A DNA stretch of 64,000 nt from Planctomycetota bacterium (GCA_031409275.1 JANNXA010000022.1:128001-192000); one strand, 5' to 3'; shown: positions 19,116 to 28,316, counted from the first letter of the stretch. The notes: generated by a model from the letters alone, not told the origin. Numbers and translations: made by a program.

Positions 19116-19679
19116 TCAGCTGCGATTCTTTTTCTCTTCGAGAAGGGCGCCACGTCCCGCGGCATCCCCCCTCGCGCCGGAGCTCTCCGGCGTGCCGTTG
19201 CTCTGCCGCTGCGAACCGGTCGTGGGATCGGCGCCGACGCGCAGCAACACCAATCGAGGCGTGCCGTCGACCACGATCTCGCGAGCTTCGACCATCTCGA
19301 TCGCCAGGGGACCGAGCAGGTCGGCCGCTCCGTGCAGCGAGTCGGAGAAACGACGCGCGATCAGGACGATGCGCGGATCCGTTCCGAACGTGAGCCCCTT
19401 CTGCGGGAAGAGGCGATCGAGGAGGTGCCACATGCGCCGGACATCGGCGAGGACACAGACGCTTCGGCCAAGCAGCGCCTCGGCTCCGCCGCTGCCTTCG
19501 CCGAGGACCACGACGGGCCGCGCACTGCGGTCGACCATCAGCAGATCGAGCACGACGCCCGGTGTCAGCCGCAGAGCGACGTCGATCAGTTCGAGCCCGG
19601 CCTCGAGCAAGGTGGGGTTCTCGACCAGCGGCTGGAGCGACAGCGGCGCCTCGAGGTTCTGCAGTGCCGGGTTCATCAT
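19116..19679 (-). CDS. Hypothetical protein resembling a degenerate NucS/EndoMS-type PD-(D/E)XK domain
   Basis: AAGGA RBS; ENPTLLEAGLELID...LDLLMVDRSARPVVV...PRIVLIARRFS parallels the NucS C-terminal domain pattern. Confidence 0.55.
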   Translation of the reverse strand: MMNPALQNLEAPLSLQPLVENPTLLEAGLELIDVALRLTPGVVLDLLMVDRSARPVVVLGEGSGGAEALLGRSVCVLADVRRMWHLLDRLFPQKGLTFGTDPRIVLIARRFSDSLHGAADLLGPLAIEMVEAREIVVDGTPRLVLLRVGADPTTGSQRQSNGTPESSGARGDAAGRGALLEEKKNRS

Positions 19680-19820
19680 GGTGTGCGTCCTTGCGAGAGT
19701 CGGCCCGGGCGGGCCCACGCGGCGAGATCCTAGTCACTCGCCGGGAAATTTCTGCGTCTCCGCGTGTCCGAGGCGCAGGAGCACCCTGAAAAAGGTGCCG
19801 AGTCCCGGCGCGAACGTGCT

Positions 19821-20867
19821 TCAGCTGGCGGGGAGATCGCTTCGCCCGCGTCGCTCGCGCGCCATCGAATAGAGCGATTCAAGGGCGTCGAGTTCGCGCT
19901 GCGGGTCGTGGTGCGCGGCGATCCATGGCGGGCCGCGCGCGGCGACCGCGGCGACAGCGGGCTCGCGGCGCAGTGCCGCGATGCAACGCTGCGCGAATCC
20001 GGGGCGATCGGTGAAGAGCAGCGCTTGCTCGCCGTCGCGCAGCCACTCGCGGTTCCCTGGCACCGCGTGCGCGACGACGGGTCGGCAAAGCGCCAGCGCT
20101 TCCAGCAGCGCGTTGGAGAGCCCTTCGTAGTCGGAGCAATTGAGGACCGCGTCCGCCGCGGCGTAGACGCCGCCCATCGATTCGCCCGGAAGCGGACCGA
20201 GCCACCACGCCCACGGCGTGCAGGCCAATCTCGCGCGAACCTGTCGAGCGTAGTCGGCGTCGATCGCGGCGCCGACCAGCACCAGGCGGGCGCGCGGCTC
20301 GACCGCGACGACATCGGCAAACCAATCGAGCGCGCGCAGGTTGCCTTTCACCGGTCGAATGCCAGCGACCAGCAGCGCGAGACGCTCGTCGCCATGGAGC
20401 GAGAGCCGGCGGCGCAGCGCGAAGTCGCCGCTCGGTGCGACGACCCCCTTCGGCACGACGCGCACGCGTCCACGCAGGCTCGGCCAGGTCGCCTCGACGG
20501 CGGCCTGTTGCTCTGGCAGCGCCACCATCGCCGCGTCCGCGCGCGCGACTTCGTCGGCGATGGTCGCTCGTCGCTCGATCGCCATCGGAAGTCCCGGCAG
20601 ATCGCTGCCGGCGAAGGTGACCACCCGCGCCGGCCGGATCGCACCGACCCCGAAGTCGAGCGGCGTCGCGGCCCGGAAGGCGTGATAGACGTGGACGACG
20701 TCGAATCGGTCCGCTGCGCTTGCCGCTTCGGCCAGCGCCGCGCTGCCAGCATGGAACCGGGTCACGTGGTGGCCGCGCCGCATCAGTCCGGTCGCGAGGC
20801 GACTCACGGTCTGCTCGTTTCCGGTCGCGAGCGCCGGTGGCCGCGGCTCGATCAACGCGATCCTCAC
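19821..20867 (-). CDS. GT-B family 4 glycosyltransferase (GLT1D1/SenB-like subgroup)
   Basis: GTG start overlaps the upstream stop (GTGA). Motifs TGNEQTVSRL, HAFRA, FAGSD, AGIRPVKG, NCSDYEGLSNALLEA and VPGNRE. Confidence 0.9.
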   Translation of the reverse strand: MRIALIEPRPPALATGNEQTVSRLATGLMRRGHHVTRFHAGSAALAEAASAADRFDVVHVYHAFRAATPLDFGVGAIRPARVVTFAGSDLPGLPMAIERRATIADEVARADAAMVALPEQQAAVEATWPSLRGRVRVVPKGVVAPSGDFALRRRLSLHGDERLALLVAGIRPVKGNLRALDWFADVVAVEPRARLVLVGAAIDADYARQVRARLACTPWAWWLGPLPGESMGGVYAAADAVLNCSDYEGLSNALLEALALCRPVVAHAVPGNREWLRDGEQALLFTDRPGFAQRCIAALRREPAVAAVAARGPPWIAAHHDPQRELDALESLYSMARERRGRSDLPAS

Positions 20868-21706
20868 GCGGGGGGCTCTCCGCCTGGCAGGTCCGTTGGA
20901 AGATCGCGCCCCATCGCCTCGAGTGGCTCTTGCGTCGATTGCCGCGCCAGCGCGCGACGGAATCCGACGAACAGGCCGCGTAGCAGGCTGCAATCGGCGT
21001 GTTCGCCCCCACCGCGGTCGAACAGGTCGATGAAGCGACGCACGATCCGACCATGCAGGCCACCGTCGGCGCCGGGCGCGAGGCCGAAACGCGTCAAGGT
21101 GTCGGCGCAATCTGCCCGGAGCGCCGAGCGGTCCTCGGCCGTCGCGCTGCGAGCGCGTGCTCGCGTCGGCAGCGGCGCAAGCGACGTGGCGCGCGCCACC
21201 TCCCAAAGTGCGATCGTCGCGGCGTGCGAGAGGTTCATCACCGGATCGGCACCTGGCACCGGAATCGTCACCAGTTCGTGTGCCAGGTCGACCTCTTCCG
21301 TCGTGAGCCCTTTGTCCTCGCGGCCGAAGAGCAGCGCGGGAGCGGCATCGCGATCGGCGGCGATCTGCTGCGCCGCCGCGGCAAGGTCGCGGCGCGGTTG
21401 ACGGAAGCGGCCGACGCGAGCGCTGAACGCGAAGACACGGCCGCACGCGACGAGCGCGCTCGCGACATCGTCGTGACAGGTCACCTGATCGAGCAGCGCC
21501 GCCCCGTGGCAGGCGCGCGCGCGCGCGTCGGCGTTCAGCAGCTTCTCGCGGCGCGCCGGCGACGCGACGACGAGCCGCAACGAGCGCGCCCCGAAGTTCC
21601 ACATCGAACGGGCGATCGCGCCGACGTTGCCTGGCTCGTTGGGCTCGACGAGCACCAGCGTGACATGGTCGAGCGGCAGCGCTGCCGGCGGCTCCGCACG
21701 TTCCAT
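20864..21706 (-). CDS. trmJ: TrmJ/LasT family SPOUT RNA methyltransferase
   Basis: VLVEPNEPGNVGAIARSMWNFG, LLFGREDKGLTTEE, MNLSHA. Confidence 0.88.
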   Translation of the reverse strand: MERAEPPAALPLDHVTLVLVEPNEPGNVGAIARSMWNFGARSLRLVVASPARREKLLNADARARACHGAALLDQVTCHDDVASALVACGRVFAFSARVGRFRQPRRDLAAAAQQIAADRDAAPALLFGREDKGLTTEEVDLAHELVTIPVPGADPVMNLSHAATIALWEVARATSLAPLPTRARARSATAEDRSALRADCADTLTRFGLAPGADGGLHGRIVRRFIDLFDRGGGEHADCSLLRGLFVGFRRALARQSTQEPLEAMGRDLPTDLPGGEPPA

Positions 21707-21762
21707 CTCGTCTCGCTCTCCTGTCTGGCTCGTTCCGGCCGCAGCAACGCGGAGCACGTTAG

Positions 21763-22722
21763 TCAACGCGCCGCCGCGGCGAGCGTGGCGGCGAGGTCGA
21801 CGTGTGCCTCGCGCGGCCCTTCGCCGTGCCAGCCGGCGGTGAGTTCGAGCCAGAGGACGAGCCCCTGCTGAGTCTGAAATGGCGCGTAGCGCCGCGCGAT
21901 GGCGCGATCGCCAGGCGGCTTGCGACCGGGCGCGCCGAAGAGCTTCGCGAAGCGGGCGCGACACCACGAATCGAGCGCGAGGTCGTCGTGACGACCCAGC
22001 AGTCGCAGGGCTTGGCCGGCTGCGTAGGGACCGAAACCGTCGAGCGCCAGGAGCCGGTCGCGCACGGTGGCGGTCGGCAGCGCTGCCTCCTCGAAGTGGA
22101 CGGCGTCGAGTTCCCCGGTCGCGAAGCGCTCCGCGAGCTTGCGGGCGCTCCGCTCGCGATAGCCGACCCGCACGACCTCGCGCCAGAACGCTCCATTGGC
22201 GCTGGCGCAGACGGTGGCGGAAGGGAAGGCGGCGCGGCCCGACGGCGCCCGCGTCCCGAGCGCTTCGACGAGTCGCTCCACCATCAACCGCGTTGCCGAC
22301 CAGGAGCAGTTCGTCGTGAACAGCAGCTTCAGCAGGTCCTCGAACAACGTCGCGCTGGCGAGCAGACGGCCGCCGCCGCGTCGCGCCACCCACGCGAGGT
22401 GCGGCTCCTTCGCGCAGAGCGACCAGAGCTCGGAGTAGTCGTGGTCGAGCCGCAGGATGCGTCGTACCGCTCTCCTCAGCGCGGCGCGAACGGGCTTCGC
22501 GCCCGCAGCGGCACGCGCGGCGCTTCCGGTCACGGTGAGAAGCTCGCCGCGCGCCGTCACCGCGACGTCGTGCGCCGGTCCGCCGGCGTCCACCACCGTC
22601 TCGAAGCGATCGCGGGTGGCGTCGAAGCGATGCGGCGCCAGGTCGATCCAGCCGTGGCCGAAGAGGACGAGCGGGAGTTCGAACGGGGTTCTGGTCGTGA
22701 GCGCGAGGCGAGTCCTGCTCAA
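21763..22722 (-). CDS. HhH-GPD DNA glycosylase-like protein (AlkA/Ogg-like)
   Basis: TTG start overlaps the upstream stop. Motifs GHGWIDLAP, GRLLASATLFEDLLK...TTNCSW, VGYR, LLALDGFGPYAA (HhH) and LALDSW. Confidence 0.8.
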   Translation of the reverse strand: MSRTRLALTTRTPFELPLVLFGHGWIDLAPHRFDATRDRFETVVDAGGPAHDVAVTARGELLTVTGSAARAAAGAKPVRAALRRAVRRILRLDHDYSELWSLCAKEPHLAWVARRGGGRLLASATLFEDLLKLLFTTNCSWSATRLMVERLVEALGTRAPSGRAAFPSATVCASANGAFWREVVRVGYRERSARKLAERFATGELDAVHFEEAALPTATVRDRLLALDGFGPYAAGQALRLLGRHDDLALDSWCRARFAKLFGAPGRKPPGDRAIARRYAPFQTQQGLVLWLELTAGWHGEGPREAHVDLAATLAAAAR

Positions 22723-23810
22723 ACGATGGCCGCTTTCACGCAGGTGATCGGCGGCAGGTTGGCGGCGACGCACTCGAACTCCTCGCCGCCGTCGCGTCCG
22801 CGCCACAACTGTCCCGTCGTCGTGCCGAACCACAGCGACGCGTTCTTGCCGTCGTCGACATCCAGCGAATCGCGCAGCACCGTGAACCACGCCTCCTTCT
22901 TGGGCAGACCGCGGCGCTTGGGCGACCAGGAGTCGCCGCCGTCGTCACTGCGCCAGACGGTCGGCTGCGCGCCAGGACAGGTGCGTGTGGCGGTTTCGAG
23001 TGGCACGACCCAGATCGTGTCGGGCGCATGCGGATGGACGGCGATCGGGAAACCGAAGTCGCTTGGCAACCCCTTGGCGATGCTCTGCCAGCTGCGGCCG
23101 CCGTCGTCGCTGCGCAGCACGCTCAGGTCCTGGCGGTCCTCGGCGCCACCGTGATTCTGCAGGTAGAGACGCTGCGGCCGGCTCGGGTGGACGGCGATCT
23201 TGTGGACGCACTGGCCGAACTCCGGGTCGCGCTTGGGCTGGAAGTGCGCGTCGATGCCGCGATTGTTCGGCTCGAAGGTCTGGCCGCGATCGCGACTGCA
23301 GTAGTGGCCGCCCGCGGAGACGGCGACGTGCATCGAATCGGCGAGCGGCAGGATGGTGTGCAGGATCAAGCCGCCGGCACCCGGGTGCCACTCCTTCGCG
23401 TGCGGATGGTCGTTCAGCGGCGCGACCGATTCGAAGCGCTTGCCGCCGTCCTCGCTGTGGAAGAGCGCGGCCGGCTCCACTCCGCACCACAGGTCGCGCT
23501 TGCCGCGACCCGCTGCGAGCGACCAGATGTTCTTCATGGTGCGACCGTCGTCGGCGGCGAAGGCCGGGACGCCGCCCGTCGGCTTGAAGCGCTTTCCAAG
23601 GTCGGTCGAGAGCTGCAGCGTGGTTCCGAACCAGGGCGACGAGGGCGCGACGTAGACGCGCGGCGCCGCACGCCGATCGATCAGCGCCGCGTTCACTCCC
23701 AGACCGGGGAAGAACGGTCCGCGCACCACCATTCGTTTGCCGCGCGCGGGCCCTTCGAGCATGAAGGTGCCTTTGCGCGTTCCAACGACCACCAGTGCTT
23801 TCTCGGCCAT
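22719..23810 (-). CDS. BNR/Asp-box repeat beta-propeller (sialidase/xyloglucanase-like fold), no signal peptide
   Basis: GGAGG RBS; VGTRKG start; repeated Asp boxes (STDLGKRF, SEDGGKRF, SRDRGQTF, SDDGGRSW, SDDGGDSW, RDGGEEF); GQCVHKI and QNHGG. Confidence 0.88.
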   Translation of the reverse strand: MAEKALVVVGTRKGTFMLEGPARGKRMVVRGPFFPGLGVNAALIDRRAAPRVYVAPSSPWFGTTLQLSTDLGKRFKPTGGVPAFAADDGRTMKNIWSLAAGRGKRDLWCGVEPAALFHSEDGGKRFESVAPLNDHPHAKEWHPGAGGLILHTILPLADSMHVAVSAGGHYCSRDRGQTFEPNNRGIDAHFQPKRDPEFGQCVHKIAVHPSRPQRLYLQNHGGAEDRQDLSVLRSDDGGRSWQSIAKGLPSDFGFPIAVHPHAPDTIWVVPLETATRTCPGAQPTVWRSDDGGDSWSPKRRGLPKKEAWFTVLRDSLDVDDGKNASLWFGTTTGQLWRGRDGGEEFECVAANLPPITCVKAAIV

Positions 23811-23814
23811 GGCT

Positions 23815-24102
23815 TCAACCTCCGGAGACCGCTGGAAGGATGGTGACCCGATCGCCGGCACGCAACCGCGCCGCGGGGCTGGCGCGCGGCCGGACGAGTT
23901 CGTCGTTCAAGAAGAGCGACAGGTGCGGTCGCAACGCCCCCTGCTCGTCGCACACCATCCGGTACGCCTCGGGCCAGCGCTGCGCGAACGCCGCGAGCAG
24001 AGCGGTCACGTCCGCGGCGACGAGCGCGACGCTGGTGGCACCGCCGCAAGCGGCGCGCACCGCGGCCGGCAGAAGGAGTTCGACTTCGAAGGGCGGCGCC
24101 AT
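23815..24102 (-). CDS. MoaD/ThiS family ubiquitin-like sulfur carrier
   Basis: 95 aa beta-grasp pattern with LRPHLSLFLNDE, ending GDRVTILPAVSGG (C-terminal Gly-Gly). Confidence 0.92.
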   Translation of the reverse strand: MAPPFEVELLLPAAVRAACGGATSVALVAADVTALLAAFAQRWPEAYRMVCDEQGALRPHLSLFLNDELVRPRASPAARLRAGDRVTILPAVSGG

Positions 24103-24124
24103 CGTCGACGAGGCTCCGGTGCGA

Positions 24125-25432
24125 TCAAGTGCCAGGCGGGATGCGTTCGGGCGGCAGGAGCAGCCGCCCCTCGCTGCGCGCGATCACCAGCGCGCCGACC
24201 AGATCGCCGGTGACGTTGGGAACAGTGCGCGCCATGTCGACCAGCCGATCGACTCCGAGCACCAGCGCCAGCAGCGACGGGTCGATGCCGACCTGCTGCA
24301 GCACGGTGACGATCAGCGGCAACGATCCACCTGGTACTCCCGCCGCGCCCACCGCCGTCAGCACCGACAGGAGCACGACGAGGAGCTGAGTGGAGAGCGG
24401 CAGGTCGAGCCCCGCGACCTGCGCGAGGAAGAGCACGACCACTCCTTCGAAGAGCGCGGTGCCGTTCATGTTGAGCGTCGCGCCGAGCGGGATCACGAAG
24501 CCGGCGATGTCGCGCGGAACGCCGAACTCGTGCTCGGCGGTGGCCAGTGTCGTGGGCAGCGTCGCGTTCGATGAGGAGGTGGAGAACGCCGTCGCCATCA
24601 ATCCGCGCGCGCGCCGGAAGAGGACGCCGGGTGGCACCTTGGCGAAGAGCCAGCACAGCCCGCCCAGCACGACGAACTGCTGGATCGCGAGGCCGCCCAA
24701 CGCCACTGCGAGGTAGGCGGCGAGCGAATGGAGGATCGAGGCGCCAAAGAGCGCCGACTTCTCGAAGACGAGGCCGGCCACGCCAAACGGCGCCAGCTCC
24801 ATCGCCCAGCCGATGATCTTGGTCGACGCGGCCGCGACGGCGTCGAGCACCTGCAGCAGCGGCCGCTTCTGCGCCTCGGGCAGGGTCCCGGCCGCGAGCC
24901 CGAAGAGGAGCGCGAAGAAGATCAGCCCGAGCATGTCGCCGTCGGCGGCCGCCTTGACCGGATTCTTCGGCACGATCGCCAGCAGCATGTCGACCGAGAA
25001 GCCGCCGCTGCCCTGCGCCAGCGCGATCTTCTTCTCCGCCTCGGCGCGCGATGCCGCGACCAGTTCGTCGCGCATCGCCGGCGCCACCGTGTCGCCGGGC
25101 CGGAACAGGTCGACGAGGCCGATGCCAAGCATCGCCGCGAACGCCGTGGTCAGCAGGAACCAACAGATCGTCTTGAAACCGATGCGGCCGACCTTCGAGC
25201 CACCGCCGAGCCCCGCGACCCCGAGCGCCAGCGACGTGAAGACGATCGGCACGACGATCATGAAGAGCAGGCGCATGAACAGCTCGCCGAACTTCGCGGC
25301 GACGTGCGTCGCGAACCAGCGCAGCCGCTCGTGGTCGTGGCCCCAGATCGCGTTGCAGGCGATTCCGGCGCCCACCCCGATGACGAGGCCGAGGAAGATC
25401 CGAGTCGCGCCGCCTTTTCGGGCGCCGCTCAC
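24125..25432 (-). CDS. Dicarboxylate/amino acid:cation symporter (DAACS, GltP-like)
   Basis: GTG start overlaps the upstream stop. Motifs AFSTSSSNATLP, PLGATLNMNGTALF, GAAGVPGG and DRLVDMARTVPNVTGD. Confidence 0.95.
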   Translation of the reverse strand: MSGARKGGATRIFLGLVIGVGAGIACNAIWGHDHERLRWFATHVAAKFGELFMRLLFMIVVPIVFTSLALGVAGLGGGSKVGRIGFKTICWFLLTTAFAAMLGIGLVDLFRPGDTVAPAMRDELVAASRAEAEKKIALAQGSGGFSVDMLLAIVPKNPVKAAADGDMLGLIFFALLFGLAAGTLPEAQKRPLLQVLDAVAAASTKIIGWAMELAPFGVAGLVFEKSALFGASILHSLAAYLAVALGGLAIQQFVVLGGLCWLFAKVPPGVLFRRARGLMATAFSTSSSNATLPTTLATAEHEFGVPRDIAGFVIPLGATLNMNGTALFEGVVVLFLAQVAGLDLPLSTQLLVVLLSVLTAVGAAGVPGGSLPLIVTVLQQVGIDPSLLALVLGVDRLVDMARTVPNVTGDLVGALVIARSEGRLLLPPERIPPGT

Positions 25433-26865
25433 CGTCCTGCTCCACGGTCGTCGTTCAGCTGCGGGAAGAGGCTCGGCTCCTCCATGACCCGCTCGACGGC
25501 GTCGATCTCCTTGGGCAGCGCCGCGGTCATCACGATGCATCCCTCTTCAGTGACCACGACGTCATCTTCGATGCGCACGCCGATCGAGTGGAAGCGCGCC
25601 TCCACGTTCGGCGACCCCGGCGCGATGTAGCAGCCCGGCTCGATCGTGAGCACCATGCCCGCCGCAAGGCGCACCTCGCCGCGTCCATCCTCGGCGCGAT
25701 AGGGGCAGTCGTCATGGACATCGAGACCGAGCCAGTGGCTGACGCCATGCGGCAGCAGGGCGAGCCCATGGTCGCGCTCCTTCACCACTCCGCTCTGCAC
25801 GAGCGCATCGCCGAGCGCGCGGCGCGCGGCTTGATCGATCGCGCGCAGCGTGGCACCCGGCTTCACTGCCGCGATCGCGGCCTTCTGCGAGTCGAGCACC
25901 GCCTGGTAGACGAGGCGCTGCTCGCGGCTGAAGCGGCCATCCGAGGGCAGCGTGCGCGTCACGTCCGCCGTGTACATGCCGAACTCGGCGCCGACGTCGA
26001 TGACGATCGTGGCGCGCGGCGGGACCCGCTCGCGGTTGCTGTCGTAGTGCAGGATGCACGAGTTGGCGCCGCTGCCGACGATGCTCGAGTAGCCGAGCCG
26101 GCGCGAGCCGAGCAGCGTGTGCGTCGCCTCGATCACCGCCTGCAATTCGTACTCGTAGATCCCCGGCTCGGCATGGCGCATCGCGTTCAGTTGCGCCGCC
26201 GTCGTGATGTCGATGGCGCGTTGCAGGAGGGCGAGTTCGGCGGGCGACTTGATCAGCCGCAGCCGACCGATCGCCTGGCGCAGTTCGCTGCGATCGACGG
26301 AGAGGCCGGCCGGCACCGCGGCGTCGAGCAGCGCGGAATGCTTGGGATCGCCCGATTCGGCGCTGAAGATGCGCTTGGTCGTGGCGAGTTCGCTCTTGAG
26401 CGCCGCCGCGAGCGTGGCGTTCGAACGCGCCTCGTCCGCGAGCGGAGCGGCGCCCTCGACGCCGAGTCGCTTGCCGTCCCACATCTCCGAACCGGGATCG
26501 CGTGGCGGCACGAACAGGGTCGCGTGCGGCTGCCCTTCGCGGGTGGTGAGCAGCAACGCGGCGCCCGGCTCGCCGAATCCGGTGAGGTACCAGAAGTCGC
26601 TCGCGGGCCGATACGGGTGATCGACGTCGTTGTTGCGCGCTTCGACCGGTGCGGTGAAGAGGACCACGACCGCGTCGTCGCCGAGTCGCTCGAGCAGGGC
26701 GGCGCGGCGAGCCGCGAATTGATCGGGCTCGAGCTCCTCGACTCGCGCGGCCCGGATCGCCTCGCCGCGAACGGCGCTCGCCGCCGGGAACGGCGCCGGC
26801 GCGAGCGCCAGCCAACCGGTCACGCAGAGCTCGATCGGCGTGGACCACGTGCTCATGAAGTTCAT
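25429..26865 (-). CDS. pepP: Xaa-Pro aminopeptidase (M24B, aminopeptidase P)
   Basis: NNDVDHPYRPASDFWYLTGF, LRLIKSPAE, LHY, IDVGAE, ADVTRT, HWLGLDVHD, TIEPG, GVRIEDD. ATGA overlap with the upstream gene. Confidence 0.93.
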   Translation of the reverse strand: MNFMSTWSTPIELCVTGWLALAPAPFPAASAVRGEAIRAARVEELEPDQFAARRAALLERLGDDAVVVLFTAPVEARNNDVDHPYRPASDFWYLTGFGEPGAALLLTTREGQPHATLFVPPRDPGSEMWDGKRLGVEGAAPLADEARSNATLAAALKSELATTKRIFSAESGDPKHSALLDAAVPAGLSVDRSELRQAIGRLRLIKSPAELALLQRAIDITTAAQLNAMRHAEPGIYEYELQAVIEATHTLLGSRRLGYSSIVGSGANSCILHYDSNRERVPPRATIVIDVGAEFGMYTADVTRTLPSDGRFSREQRLVYQAVLDSQKAAIAAVKPGATLRAIDQAARRALGDALVQSGVVKERDHGLALLPHGVSHWLGLDVHDDCPYRAEDGRGEVRLAAGMVLTIEPGCYIAPGSPNVEARFHSIGVRIEDDVVVTEEGCIVMTAALPKEIDAVERVMEEPSLFPQLNDDRGAGR

Positions 26866-28316
26866 GAAGGAACTCCTGCCGTCGAGCGCAGCAGCGCGGC
26901 GCACTCCTCGCGCAACTGCTCGACCGCTTCGTCGACTCGCTCGACATGGGTCCGGAACGAAAGCACGCAGAGGCGCAGCGCGAAACGGCCGCGCAGCAGC
27001 GTGCCCGACAGGAAGACGCGCTGCCGCGCATTGACTCGTCGAAGCAGTTCACGCGAGAGTTCGTCCCCGGCGGCACCGGCCCGCGCGACGCGGAATGCGA
27101 AGAGGGAAAGGTCGCACCCGCTCGCGAGCTCGAGGCCGGGGATGGTCGCGATCGCGGCGGCCGCGCGCTCCGCGAGTTCGAGCTTCTCCGTGAGCGCGGC
27201 ACGGAACGCGGCGGCGCCGAACGTCTTGAGCGACAGCCAGACGCGCAGGCCGCGGAAGTCGCGCGACAGCTCCGGCGAGGCATCGGTGAAATCCTGCAGC
27301 GCGTCGCCCTGCGCGGTCGGCGGCAGGTAGGCGCTCGCTTGCGCAAAGGGGCGGCGCAGGTCGGCGCCATCGCGGATCAGCACGGCACCCGTTCCGTACG
27401 GCAGGAAGAGTCCCTTGTGGGGATCGATGGTCAGCGAGTCGGCCCGCTCGATGCCGACGAGGCGCGCGCGACCGCGCTCGCACAGCTGGAAGCAGCCGCC
27501 GTACGCGCCGTCGACGTGGAACCAGAGCCGTTCGCGCGCGGCGAGTTCCGCCAACGCCGGCAGCGGATCGACGGCGCCGGTGTGGACCGTGCCCGCGCTC
27601 GCGATCACGATCGCCGGCAACAGGCCCGCCGCCCGATCGGAAGCGATGGCGCGCGCCACGGTGTCGGGGTCGAGGCGACCGTGCTCGTCCGCCGGCAACT
27701 CGCGCAGGTTCGCGTGGCGAAAGCCGACGACGTGCGCCGCTTTGTGGATCGAGTGGTGGGTCTGATCGGAGGTGTAGATCGTGGCGCGCGCGAGCCCCTC
27801 TTCGCCGACCGACTTGTCGCGCGCCGCGGCCAGCGCCACGAGGTTCGCCATCGAGCCGCCCGAGGTGAAGACGGCGCGCGCCGCCGGCGGGAAGCGGAAC
27901 TCGTCGAGCAGCCAACGCAACGTCTGCACTTCGAGCGCCACCAGCAGCGGCGCTGCGGCGGCGATTCCGACGAAGCGATTGGTGAGGCCGGCGACGAGGT
28001 CCGCGAGCGGCGCCGTCGGCAGCCCGCCGCCCGGAATGAACGCCAGGTAGCCGGGCCCCGCCGTCGTGAACGACTTCGGCACCCAGTCGCGGATCAGCCG
28101 CTCGAGCAGCGCGCGCGGGTCGCTCCCCGCTTCGGGAATCGGCTCGGCAATCTCCGCCAGCTCGGCGGCGGTGGGTGCCGGCCCGTGAGCCGGTTGCGTC
28201 GGCAGCTCGGCGACGTGGGTCAGCGCGAGGTCGACGGCCGCATGGAACCAAGCCGCGACCAGCTCGTGCGGCGGTTCGAGCGGCGACAGGGAACTGGCGG
28301 CGCGCGCGGCAGTCAT
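26862..28316 (-). CDS. Group II PLP-dependent (aromatic amino acid/glutamate-type) decarboxylase
   Basis: YLAFIPGGG, FTSGGSMAN, HHSIHKAA, AGTVHTGAVDP, HVDGAYGG, DSLTIDPHK (PLP Lys), ELSRDFRGLRVW. Confidence 0.93.
   Translation of the reverse strand: MTAARAASSLSPLEPPHELVAAWFHAAVDLALTHVAELPTQPAHGPAPTAAELAEIAEPIPEAGSDPRALLERLIRDWVPKSFTTAGPGYLAFIPGGGLPTAPLADLVAGLTNRFVGIAAAAPLLVALEVQTLRWLLDEFRFPPAARAVFTSGGSMANLVALAAARDKSVGEEGLARATIYTSDQTHHSIHKAAHVVGFRHANLRELPADEHGRLDPDTVARAIASDRAAGLLPAIVIASAGTVHTGAVDPLPALAELAARERLWFHVDGAYGGCFQLCERGRARLVGIERADSLTIDPHKGLFLPYGTGAVLIRDGADLRRPFAQASAYLPPTAQGDALQDFTDASPELSRDFRGLRVWLSLKTFGAAAFRAALTEKLELAERAAAAIATIPGLELASGCDLSLFAFRVARAGAAGDELSRELLRRVNARQRVFLSGTLLRGRFALRLCVLSFRTHVERVDEAVEQLREECAALLRSTAGVPS

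Noticed and set aside
16350..20867. Selenoneine (senABC)-like cluster suggested by the SenB-like GT and an FGE-sulfatase domain
   Set aside because: The FGE domain is on a membrane pseudokinase and lacks the DinB-like metal-binding domain of EgtB/SenA. No selD is present in the window.
19116..22722. Possible anti-phage defence or DNA-modification island
   Set aside because: The nuclease-like gene looks inactive, TrmJ is a housekeeping tRNA enzyme, and there is no compositional shift or mobility gene.
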